In this document: positions 39,539 through 48,565 of the stretch, piece by piece
Numbering within the stretch: the first letter of the stretch is position 1
Layout: each line of letters begins with the position of its first letter
Virus record (IMG/VR): IMGVR_UViG_3300012931_000018
Coordinates: 1 to 64,000 of that record
Length of the DNA stretch: 64,000 nt
Direction: 5' to 3' (one strand)
Source: a virus
Notes under the pieces: model-generated
The model's input: only the letters and a program-made list of their open reading frames with translations
What the model was told of the DNA's origin: nothing
Databases searched by the model: none
Translations under genes and position numbers: made by a program

Positions 39539-41284
39539 ATGTGTGAACTATGTGAACAAAAATCATTACCTATAAGAACATATAATATTGCTAATAAATT
39601 AGCAGATATTATATTTAGAAAAAAATATGAAGATAATCCTGTATTCTTTTTTATGGATTGGATAATACTTCAAGAAGAAAAATTGCAATTATTGATAGAA
39701 CAATGGTTGGATGATCAAAAGAATGAAACAATAAAAAAGTTTGATGAATTGGCTGAAAAATTTACTGAAAAAAGAGCAGAGTATGATTCGGAATATTTAT
39801 CTTTAACAGATAAGTTAAATAAATTTTCATTTGATCCAAAAATAATTTATGCACAATTTTGGAATTTTAGATTTGAACGATACACTTTCCCAATTGAATT
39901 AAAAGATATTATTAAATCCGGAAATAAGATTTCAGATAATATTGAAATAATAAGTGCTATAAATACAAATCCATTTTTAGAAGCTATTGATCAGGCAAGT
40001 CTTGATGCTTTATCACAAGGTGGTCAATCAGCATTCACTTCAATTAATATTAATATACAATTTAATATGAGAGATAAATTGATTGAGAATGCTATAAAAA
40101 ATTCACATATAGTATTATCTGATCAGGTTAAACAAAATTTACAATCTAAAATTAAATTTGAATTATATACTGGTGTTAAAAATGGAGAGAGTTTAAAACA
40201 ATTGCGTGATAGAGTTTTGTCTGTGTATGATAAACCTATTACTGTAAATGTTCCACCTAAGATTAAAGATAATGAAATTATTAGATCAGGTTACTCTTAT
40301 CAAATGTCGCCTAAAGATTGGGCTGCTGCTGTTGCTGGAACAGAAGTTGCAAAAGGCTTTATGGAAGGCAAACTTGAAGGATATAGACAGATGGGAGTTG
40401 TTGAGCAAGTTCAATTCATAACAACACCAGATGAACGTATGTGTGAACAATGTGGTGAATATACGGATAAAGTTTTTAGATTAGATGAAGCTGGTGGATT
40501 AATCCCATTACATCCACGTTGTCGTTGTACTCTTATTCCTTATTTCCCTAAAGAAAATATTGAAAGTGTTAGAAACAAAGCTACTGAAAATATTAATAAT
40601 TATTATGCACCTGATTTAACAAGTAATTTAGTTAAGTATGAAGATGAAATTGCTGATTTGAAAAAAGGAAAATTATATATAGTTGATAAAAATGGGAACA
40701 TGCTTTATACTAAAACAGGTTCTTCAAGTAAAATAAAAATAAATAAAGATGTTTTATCAAAAATAAAAGATAATATAATAACTCATAATCATACTATGGG
40801 TAATCCGGCATTTTCATCATCTGATATAAGTCTTGCTATTAAATTTAATGCTAAACAAATGCGTGCCGTTTCTGGAAAAACTAATCAAATAGGAATTATG
40901 ACAAGACCTAAAAATGGATGGGGTAATATTGACTATAATAATATTGCTAAATTATATGAACAAGTAGATCAGCAAATAGCATTGGAAAATTCATCAAAAA
41001 TTTTATCTGAAAAACTTGATTCAGCTAAAGCGGAATTAGAACATTATATAAATGTTAATAAAAGAATATCAGAACAACTTGGATATAAGTTTAATGTTGT
41101 TGATTTGAAAAGAATTAAAAAATCTATGAAGTTTTATAAATCAGCTGTAAATGATATAATGGATGAACCAATTATTATAGATGATTCAATTCTTAAAACA
41201 AAACATTATACTAAAGAAAAATTAAAAGAGTTATTTGATTATTATGAATATTTCAAGGGCATGTTTGACTTGATTAGTAAGTGA
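39539..41284 (+). CDS. minor head protein (SPP1 gp7/MuF) with a C-terminal JAB/MPN-like extension
   Basis: GESLKQLRDRV; DERMCEQC...PLHPRCRC; then THNHT...FSSSD. Confidence 0.85.
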   Translation: MCELCEQKSLPIRTYNIANKLADIIFRKKYEDNPVFFFMDWIILQEEKLQLLIEQWLDDQKNETIKKFDELAEKFTEKRAEYDSEYLSLTDKLNKFSFDPKIIYAQFWNFRFERYTFPIELKDIIKSGNKISDNIEIISAINTNPFLEAIDQASLDALSQGGQSAFTSININIQFNMRDKLIENAIKNSHIVLSDQVKQNLQSKIKFELYTGVKNGESLKQLRDRVLSVYDKPITVNVPPKIKDNEIIRSGYSYQMSPKDWAAAVAGTEVAKGFMEGKLEGYRQMGVVEQVQFITTPDERMCEQCGEYTDKVFRLDEAGGLIPLHPRCRCTLIPYFPKENIESVRNKATENINNYYAPDLTSNLVKYEDEIADLKKGKLYIVDKNGNMLYTKTGSSSKIKINKDVLSKIKDNIITHNHTMGNPAFSSSDISLAIKFNAKQMRAVSGKTNQIGIMTRPKNGWGNIDYNNIAKLYEQVDQQIALENSSKILSEKLDSAKAELEHYINVNKRISEQLGYKFNVVDLKRIKKSMKFYKSAVNDIMDEPIIIDDSILKTKHYTKEKLKELFDYYEYFKGMFDLISK

Positions 41285-41384
41285 TTAAATATAGTTATCC
41301 TTTTAGGATATTGACTGTTATTATTTTTCTATTTCATTACACTACCATTTATATTAATAGCGGGAATAAAAATAGGTTTTCAAA

Positions 41385-42848
41385 ATGCCATATACATCAA
41401 CTAATTATCCAGCACAATTAAAAAATTTACCTGCTGGTGCAAGGGAATTATGGATAAGAACATTTAATGCTGTATTGGAATCTACTCATAATGAAAACTC
41501 AGCGCGTCAAGCTGCTTGGAGTAATGTAAAAAATAAATATAAAAAAGTTGGGAATAAATGGGTGAAGAAAAGTATTAATTTTATTATAGATTTATTTAAA
41601 AAAGAAACTATGGTTTTACAAACTTTAATATTTGATAAAAATAAATTTTCTTCTAAAGATGATGCAATTAATTGGGCAACGAATCATGGATTTAAACATG
41701 ACTCAATTAGAGAAACTGGATCAAGTTATCGATTGCGTCAAGTATCTAAAAATGATTTTATACCTAATACATATAGAACAAAGAATATGTCTGATGGTGT
41801 TACTGCTGTCTATGGAAAATTAAAAGTGAATAATAAAAAATCATTTAATTATGAGGATGAAATGAAAATAAAAACTGATAATATTATTATCAAAAAGAAT
41901 GGTGTAACTGAAATTACCAACAATTCGGAAGATCAAGGAATATTTAAGGCATTTATTCCATTGGTAAAAAAGAATGGTAGTTATATCATAAAGAAAAGTG
42001 AAGGTGAAGGAATGCCGGAAAATTATTTTTTAGTTGGTGAGGCATCTAACACTAAAGTTGATAAAGCTGATGATCGAATGTCAAAGAATTTTGTAAGATC
42101 GATGAAAGCACAAATACAAGGTTTGAATGTATTTGCTGAGCATGAATATGATATTGAAAAAACATTAGGATATGTTTCAGCAACTGATGGAAATGATGAT
42201 ATGGTTATTGTAGAAACTGCTTTAGAAAATCCTGCTGAAAATTCACTTGTTGATAAGATAATAAAGAAGATAGCACATGGAACTAAAATATATTATTCTG
42301 TTGCTGGTAAAATAACTAAAGCATGTAAAAAAATTGATGAGTCTTTAAATAAAACTGTTAGAGAAATTGAAGATGGAATAATTTATGAAGTTTCCTTAAC
42401 CGCTCTACCAGAAGGTGATGTAGGGTTTGTATCACCAATAATGAAATCATTTAAGACATTTATGAAAGCAATAGATTCGAAAGATGATGATAATGATTTA
42501 GATGAAGATGAAGAAAATGAAGATGAAGATGAAGATGAAGAATTAGAAGATGAAGAAACTGATATCAATAAAAATGCATCAAATCTTGAAAACTTTTCTA
42601 AAGCATTACAAGAAATGATGCAAAGTCATGATATTAGTGATAAAATATATACTTTATTTTATACTTTCCGTGAGGCGATGTATCAAGTTACAAATGATGA
42701 AAATCTTAAACCAGCAGAAAAGAAAGAAAAAATAATGAATCTGGCTTCTGAATATGGAACAGAAGTTGAAAATTTATCTAATCAATTAGCTGAATTGACT
42801 GAAACGATTAATCAGCAGTTGTCATCTGAAAGTAGTTCAACTGAATAA
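41385..42848 (+). CDS. ChaB-domain / prohead protease fusion
   Basis: N-terminal MPY...LPAGARELWIRTFN...ARQAAWSNVKNKY...WVKK; central GEASNTKVDKADD...EH...YSVAG...EVSL. Confidence 0.8.
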   Translation: MPYTSTNYPAQLKNLPAGARELWIRTFNAVLESTHNENSARQAAWSNVKNKYKKVGNKWVKKSINFIIDLFKKETMVLQTLIFDKNKFSSKDDAINWATNHGFKHDSIRETGSSYRLRQVSKNDFIPNTYRTKNMSDGVTAVYGKLKVNNKKSFNYEDEMKIKTDNIIIKKNGVTEITNNSEDQGIFKAFIPLVKKNGSYIIKKSEGEGMPENYFLVGEASNTKVDKADDRMSKNFVRSMKAQIQGLNVFAEHEYDIEKTLGYVSATDGNDDMVIVETALENPAENSLVDKIIKKIAHGTKIYYSVAGKITKACKKIDESLNKTVREIEDGIIYEVSLTALPEGDVGFVSPIMKSFKTFMKAIDSKDDDNDLDEDEENEDEDEDEELEDEETDINKNASNLENFSKALQEMMQSHDISDKIYTLFYTFREAMYQVTNDENLKPAEKKEKIMNLASEYGTEVENLSNQLAELTETINQQLSSESSSTE

Positions 42849-42919
42849 ACTTTTGTTAAACTTAATTCAAAAAGACATATTAATTAAAAATAACTAAACA
42901 AAAAAGTATGGAGTTAAAA

Positions 42920-43477
42920 ATGAAAAAGAAAATTGATGCAAAATTAATTGCTAAGGCATTGACTGATACACTTACTAATATGGCTAAATCTGCTGCTGAT
43001 GCAATAAAAGATGATCAAGATAAAAAAGATGGGAACGCTGGAGATAATAAAAATAATCCACCCGTAACAAATGTTTCTAAAAACATAGAAATAAAAATTG
43101 ATGAAGCAAAGTTAGCAGAAGAAATTGCAAAACGACTTAATTTATCTGACGATAATTCAGATGATGCTAATGATGATTCTGTTGATGATTCAAAAGTACC
43201 TTCTGAAGAACAAATAAGCAGTGCTGTAAAAGATGTTGCTAAAAAATTAGGCATTAAACCTTCTGATATTCAAATCACAGCTAAAGGTGTAAAAAAATCT
43301 AAAACTAATGCTGATGATGAAAATGATGAAGAAAGCGATGAAGAATTTGCTAAAAAACTTATTGGTGAAGATAATGATTATGAATCAGATGAATATAAAA
43401 AGAAATTTAGCAAAATGTCTTCAGAGGAAAAAGATGCTGAACTTGATGATTATTTCGGGAATATATTAGCAAGATAA
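42920..43477 (+). CDS. capsid scaffolding protein (putative)
   Basis: Acidic, low-complexity, helical; between protease and MCP. Confidence 0.6.
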   Translation: MKKKIDAKLIAKALTDTLTNMAKSAADAIKDDQDKKDGNAGDNKNNPPVTNVSKNIEIKIDEAKLAEEIAKRLNLSDDNSDDANDDSVDDSKVPSEEQISSAVKDVAKKLGIKPSDIQITAKGVKKSKTNADDENDEESDEEFAKKLIGEDNDYESDEYKKKFSKMSSEEKDAELDDYFGNILAR

Positions 43478-43555
43478 ATCATTATTAACATTAGTAAAAG
43501 TAAAAATAAAAATAAAAATAAAAATATTTATTGATAATTTAAATCGGAGTTAAAA

Positions 43556-44551
43556 ATGAAAAAGAATCTTAGAGATGCACTCAGAAAAGCATTATCCACA
43601 ACCGCTGGTTCAGGTGGCGATTTTCTTCCAGCACCTTTAGCTGATCAATTTATTCAACATGTTCGGGATAAAAACTTTTTGCGTCAAGCATTTACTACAA
43701 CAACAATGACGTCAAAAACTAAAGATTATCCGAAAGTTCTTGGTGGTACAAAAGTTTATTATCAATCCACAGAAGGCGGAACTGCTAATAAGACTACGAT
43801 GAACACAGGAACAATTCGCTTAACAGCTAAAAAGTTTATGGCTCAGATTGATATGTCAACAGAAGTTATTGAAGATGCACAAGGCGATATTAAATCGGTT
43901 GTTCGTCAACATTTTTCAGATCAATTTGCTGCTGCTGAAGAAGAAGCAATGTTACAAGGTAATCCAGATCATACACCAACAACTGCAACTGAAGCATCTG
44001 CTGATGATACAACATGGTTTAACAAAGATCATCGTTTATCGTTTTATGGATTGTTAACCTTATCCGCCGATATAGCTGGAGATATTGCAGATGATACAAG
44101 AGCAGCAAACAGAGTTGATGCTGCTGGTAACGATATGTCAACTGCAATTGCGCGCCAAGCAATGTTCAATATGGGTAAGTATGGACGTGTAATGAGTGAT
44201 ATATTAATGATCTTGAATCCATGGTCAGCTAATCAATTACTTGATGATCCAAAATTAGTAACTGCTGAAAAATATGGCCCAAATGCTACAATATTAACAG
44301 GTGAATTCGGAAAGTTGTATGGGAAAATTTCTGTAATTAATTCAGCTTATTGTACAGATACTTATGGAGTTGTAACCCATAGAATGAATCCTTTAATTGG
44401 TGATAGACGGTTAATAAAAATTAAAGAGCAAGAATGGATATCGGATGATGTTGTTTATTATGTTCTCACAGCACGTTTAGATTTTACAGTTAATTATAAA
44501 GGTGCTCTTTGTCAAATTCATACTCTTGATACTGCTTCCACGGAATCTTAA
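43556..44551 (+). CDS. major capsid protein (HK97 fold)
   Basis: GGDFLPAPLADQFI; IRLTAKK; EVIEDA; AEEEAMLQGN; ARLDF; strong terminator follows. Confidence 0.92.
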   Translation: MKKNLRDALRKALSTTAGSGGDFLPAPLADQFIQHVRDKNFLRQAFTTTTMTSKTKDYPKVLGGTKVYYQSTEGGTANKTTMNTGTIRLTAKKFMAQIDMSTEVIEDAQGDIKSVVRQHFSDQFAAAEEEAMLQGNPDHTPTTATEASADDTTWFNKDHRLSFYGLLTLSADIAGDIADDTRAANRVDAAGNDMSTAIARQAMFNMGKYGRVMSDILMILNPWSANQLLDDPKLVTAEKYGPNATILTGEFGKLYGKISVINSAYCTDTYGVVTHRMNPLIGDRRLIKIKEQEWISDDVVYYVLTARLDFTVNYKGALCQIHTLDTASTES

Positions 44552-44577
44552 TCTCTTATTAATTTGATTAATTTATT

Positions 44578-44612
44578 TATAAGCCGGTAAATAATTTACC
44601 GGCTTATATTTT
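44578..44612 (+). terminator. intrinsic terminator after MCP
   Basis: TATAAGCCGGTAAA/TTTACCGGCTTATA stem. Confidence 0.85.
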
Positions 44613-44629
44613 AACTAATGAGGATGATG

Positions 44630-45145
44630 ATGAAAAAATATTTTTATTTTTTAATTATTTTACTCATCATGGTAATAAAAACCAATGCTCAAAGTCATAT
44701 GTGCAGACCTATTAGAGCATTTGCATCTATATATACTGTAGAAAATTCTATTGTTCAATCAGTGCCAACAGGTTCTACTTATATAAAGGTAACTTGCTAT
44801 TCTAAAAATGGTAGAAATTTTAATTGTATTGCTGATGTAACTAATGATCAAATAATAATATCTGTATCAGGCACATATGATCTTACAAGTAATTTTAGTA
44901 CAATAGCTTCAACTGCTGGTGTGACATTTACAACTGCTTTATTTGTAGATGAAACTGAAATTGAAAATATCTATACCAAAAGAAGGTGGGTGAATGCAAA
45001 TGATAATAGTTCAGCATCAATGAGCTGTCAAATTTATTTAATTGCAGGTCAAAAAATTACAGCAAGATGTAAACATGATAGTGGTAATTCAGTAGATATC
45101 ACTGTTATATATGCAAATTTAAGTGTAAATTATATTGGAGAATAA
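44630..45145 (+). CDS. signal-peptide protein with a C1q/TNF-like beta domain
   Basis: MKKYFYFLIILLIMVIKTNA-Q; SGTYDL...IYLIAGQKI...ANLSV. Confidence 0.65.
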   Translation: MKKYFYFLIILLIMVIKTNAQSHMCRPIRAFASIYTVENSIVQSVPTGSTYIKVTCYSKNGRNFNCIADVTNDQIIISVSGTYDLTSNFSTIASTAGVTFTTALFVDETEIENIYTKRRWVNANDNSSASMSCQIYLIAGQKITARCKHDSGNSVDITVIYANLSVNYIGE

Positions 45146-45146
45146 A

Positions 45147-45707
45147 ATGAAAATATTTAATAAAATTTTTTTAATAATATTGCTTTTATCGGGTATTATT
45201 TATTCACAAACTGTTATACCTAAAGATAAAATACATTATAAAATACCTGGTGATGGTAGTAATGGAAAATTTTCTATTATGGCATATTATAATCCATCAA
45301 CAAGTCAATATTATTATTATGAACCTACAGCTATTGGAACTATTAGTTTACCGGATTCAACAGCCTTACAAATTAGTGATCTTGAATCTTCAATAAATAT
45401 TTTAAGAAGTTATTTTCATCCATCTGAAAGATATGGTGGTGATGATAGTGTTACGGTAACTACTGAGACAGATACAATTCGTGCACCAACAAATACAACA
45501 ACTTGGTGGAAAATAGATATAACCAACATTTCAAGTTCTATAAATTTAGAATGGAGTTTTGATGCAGGGTGGAGTTGGCAAAGGGAAATTTTACCAACTA
45601 TGTCATTTTATACAGAAGTTGCTTTATCTGTAACTTCTGTTGTTGTTGTACGTAGGCGTTCAGCATCAGGAACTGGATTGTACGATTATATTACTTTTGG
45701 TTATTAA
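45147..45707 (+). CDS. signal-peptide beta-rich protein
   Basis: MKIFNKIFLIILLLSGIIYS-Q. Confidence 0.7.
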   Translation: MKIFNKIFLIILLLSGIIYSQTVIPKDKIHYKIPGDGSNGKFSIMAYYNPSTSQYYYYEPTAIGTISLPDSTALQISDLESSINILRSYFHPSERYGGDDSVTVTTETDTIRAPTNTTTWWKIDITNISSSINLEWSFDAGWSWQREILPTMSFYTEVALSVTSVVVVRRRSASGTGLYDYITFGY

Positions 45708-45722
45708 AAAATGGAGTGTGAT

Positions 45723-47789
45723 ATGAAAAAAATAATTTTATTCTTCTTAATTATAAACTGTGTTTTGATTGCACAATCAAGATGGTCTAATACAAATATC
45801 AGTTCGTTATCTCAAGCTACAAATGTTTTATATGTTGATAATAAGAGAACCGACGTTTATACAGAGGTTGGCACTTATAATTTACCATATAAGACTATCA
45901 TGGGTGCTATGAATGCTATTACAGGAAATAGTGCAAGCAACAGATTTTGCATTAAGATTGCTACTGGAGCTTATTATACTGAAAACATAACAATTAATAA
46001 AGATTTTGTAACATTAGAAGGATATGGAGAAACCCTTCTAAGTGGAACAATAACACTTACAGCTCCACATTTTAGATTAAAGAATCTTAAAACAACAGGT
46101 GTAGTTACAGGTACATATACTTCAGCATTTCTTGCTGAAATTTCTGATTGTTCAGTATCAACTGGAAAGTGGACGGTATCTTGTAGTGTTACTGGCGCTT
46201 ATGTGCAGATAAGTGGAGGTACTACATTATGGACATCTGATATAGATTTATCAGGAGTAACTGGTGTAGTGTCTTGTCAGAGTGGATACTTTGAAGGAAC
46301 ACATACTTTCACAAATTGTTATATGGAAATAATAGGTTTTGAAAATTATAATGGGGTTATAAATCTTGAAACTGGTACCGAAATTCATATTGGAGCTTCA
46401 CTTTGTATAGGAACGACAGTTAACCTTAAAACTGGAGCTACAGCTTATATAGATGCGACATCAGCCAGTGGAATAACACTTAACAATACAGGTGGTACTT
46501 TAGTACTAACTACAGAATCAAACAATATAAACTATGATAATACAACAAGTGGCATGACCGCTTCCAATGTAAAAACAGCAATAGATGAATTAAAAACTGA
46601 GCTAATAGGAGCTGGAGGAAATTTTGAGCTAATAACAATGACGGGAAGAAGTATCCTATATGGAGTAGAAGGCACTACCTATAGACCCTTTGCTTCTTAT
46701 GGTACAACTATTTTTTACGTTGATGGAATTAATGGAACTGATGATTTAGAGCATGGTTACGGAACAGGAACATCAGCTTTTGCTACCGTGCAATATGCGG
46801 TAGATCAAATACCTGCTTTATGCTATGGAAATGTATATATATACCTTGCATCAGGTCAAGCATTTGCTGAAAATGTAGTTATACAAGGTAAACAGGTAAT
46901 AGGGGATTATAATATATATATATCAGGTACTACAACTACTTTGACTACAGGTACAACTACTTCTGGTAGTGTTGCTGGTACAGGAAGTACGTTGGGAACT
47001 TTAGTAAATAATGCAAGTACTTGGACAGCAAGTGCCTATACATACCAATATGTCAAAATAACCAGTGGTGCTTTAAGTGGTCAAATAAGAATGATTAAAG
47101 ATAACACAGCAAGCACTTTAAGTATACTTGGAGGTTGGGCTACCGCTCCTGTAAGTGATGTAACTTTTGATATATTGTCAGGCTCTTCAACTAATAATCC
47201 ACGGTTAAATTCTCTTACTATGAAAGGACAACAGAATGTAATAGTGGAATTTGTTGCCTTTATTTCAGACACTTCTGGTGTATCAATATGGGGAGAAGCA
47301 AACTCACAATCAACAATTAGATATTGCTTTCTTCCTGGCTGTGTACTAACTACAGCATGTAAAATGGCTATAATTTCTTGTAATAGTATTGCCTGCACTA
47401 CAGGTAATGGAGGCATGACAGTAGATTGTTATTCCGGATTAAACACTTGGTTTAGGACTTCACGTATTGATATAAAATCTTGTTGGTTTAGAACACTTTT
47501 TACAACACAAGTAGGAATAATAAATTTTGACCATTGTTCTGCAGGTTTTATCTTTGGCAATACTGAAATTACAGGAAATACTTCTGGAGCGTATGCTCCA
47601 AGGGGTGTATGGATTGGTAATAATTCATTAGTAGATTTTGAAGGTACTAATTATAATATCATAGAGTATCTTACAGTAGGCGTATATGCTACACATGGTG
47701 GGGTGGGTTCACCTATAGCTTACAATACATATACAAGTTGCACTACAAATAACTCAGCCAATACTACATCTTATGGTTACATAGATTAA
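45723..47789 (+). CDS. signal-peptide, Thr/Gly-rich fibre/spike-like protein (beta-helix-like)
   Basis: MKKIILFFLIINCVLIA-Q; two YVD...G...(P/A)(Y/F)xT modules; YDNTTSGMTASNVKTAIDEL fibre-type linker. Confidence 0.7.
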   Translation: MKKIILFFLIINCVLIAQSRWSNTNISSLSQATNVLYVDNKRTDVYTEVGTYNLPYKTIMGAMNAITGNSASNRFCIKIATGAYYTENITINKDFVTLEGYGETLLSGTITLTAPHFRLKNLKTTGVVTGTYTSAFLAEISDCSVSTGKWTVSCSVTGAYVQISGGTTLWTSDIDLSGVTGVVSCQSGYFEGTHTFTNCYMEIIGFENYNGVINLETGTEIHIGASLCIGTTVNLKTGATAYIDATSASGITLNNTGGTLVLTTESNNINYDNTTSGMTASNVKTAIDELKTELIGAGGNFELITMTGRSILYGVEGTTYRPFASYGTTIFYVDGINGTDDLEHGYGTGTSAFATVQYAVDQIPALCYGNVYIYLASGQAFAENVVIQGKQVIGDYNIYISGTTTTLTTGTTTSGSVAGTGSTLGTLVNNASTWTASAYTYQYVKITSGALSGQIRMIKDNTASTLSILGGWATAPVSDVTFDILSGSSTNNPRLNSLTMKGQQNVIVEFVAFISDTSGVSIWGEANSQSTIRYCFLPGCVLTTACKMAIISCNSIACTTGNGGMTVDCYSGLNTWFRTSRIDIKSCWFRTLFTTQVGIINFDHCSAGFIFGNTEITGNTSGAYAPRGVWIGNNSLVDFEGTNYNIIEYLTVGVYATHGGVGSPIAYNTYTSCTTNNSANTTSYGYID

Positions 47790-47864
47790 TAATACACTAC
47801 TCAATAATATTCTAATATGGGAAATTAATTAACCCAATAAACAATTTTTATTAATGGGGTTTAT

Positions 47865-48155
47865 ATGGATATGGAAAAAGAAGTCAAAGATTTAAAAGAC
47901 AGTGTTCAAACTCTTAGAGATAATGTTCATATTTTACTTGGACGTAATAATGATTTTATAATTAAAGTAATTAATGGTAAAACAGATGAACGTCTTGCAT
48001 CAGAACTTATTGGTGAAATGTATCTTGCTATTAAAGAACTGAAGAAAGAAACACCAAAAAAAATATGGTCTAATTTTGGAGCTTCTTTAATGCCGTTGGT
48101 TCAATTATTAACATTAATTGGTTTATTAATAACAATGTTCAAAGTTTTTTCTTAA
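47865..48155 (+). CDS. small protein with coiled coil and C-terminal TM (holin/XhlA-like architecture)
   Basis: EKEVKDLKDSVQTL...LVQLLTLIGLLITMFKVFS. Confidence 0.55.
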   Translation: MDMEKEVKDLKDSVQTLRDNVHILLGRNNDFIIKVINGKTDERLASELIGEMYLAIKELKKETPKKIWSNFGASLMPLVQLLTLIGLLITMFKVFS

Positions 48156-48170
48156 AAAAGGAGGAATCTT

Positions 48171-48482
48171 ATGTCTATTTCAAATGCAAGATTAAGAGCT
48201 ATTGCTGATTATGAAAGTTCAGGTAATGGCAGTTGGTACATTCTTTTTAAAGATGGTGCAGAATTAGAATATTACCTGGCAGGTAGTGCAATGAATCCTA
48301 ATGGTGTAGCAGGTTAGTGGTTCACAGCAGCAAATGAATATGATTCAGTTTTCTATCCAGATAATGGAAGCCAAACAACTATGTGGTCAAATGATTCATA
48401 TCCTTATAGTTGTGTTTCTGTTAATGGTGGTGTTAGTGGGTATCCAATTAATTCTAAATACCATTTCCCAACAACTCCGTAA
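48171..48482 (+). pseudogene. 103-codon gene interrupted by one in-frame TAG (48315-48317); pseudogene or readthrough
   Basis: AGGAGG SD; MSISNARL...NGVAG*WFTAANEY...FPTTP*; terminator follows. Confidence 0.65.
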
Positions 48483-48494
48483 ATAATATTTTTA

Positions 48495-48527
48495 AATGGT
48501 GATAAAATTTTATCACCGTTTTTATTT
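48495..48527 (+). terminator. intrinsic terminator
   Basis: GGTGATAAA/TTTATCACC stem with a T-tail. Confidence 0.8.
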
Positions 48528-48536
48528 ATATAAATA

Positions 48537-48565
48537 ACACAGGAAAATAAAATGGACACAGGAAA
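48537..48565 (+). promoter_or_regulatory. two ACACAGGAAA boxes flanking ATG 48552
   Basis: 48537-48546 and 48556-48565. Confidence 0.55.

Noticed and set aside
44630-48482. Diversity-generating retroelement acting on the fibre-like genes
   Set aside because: No reverse transcriptase and no TR/VR pair differing at adenines seen in this window.
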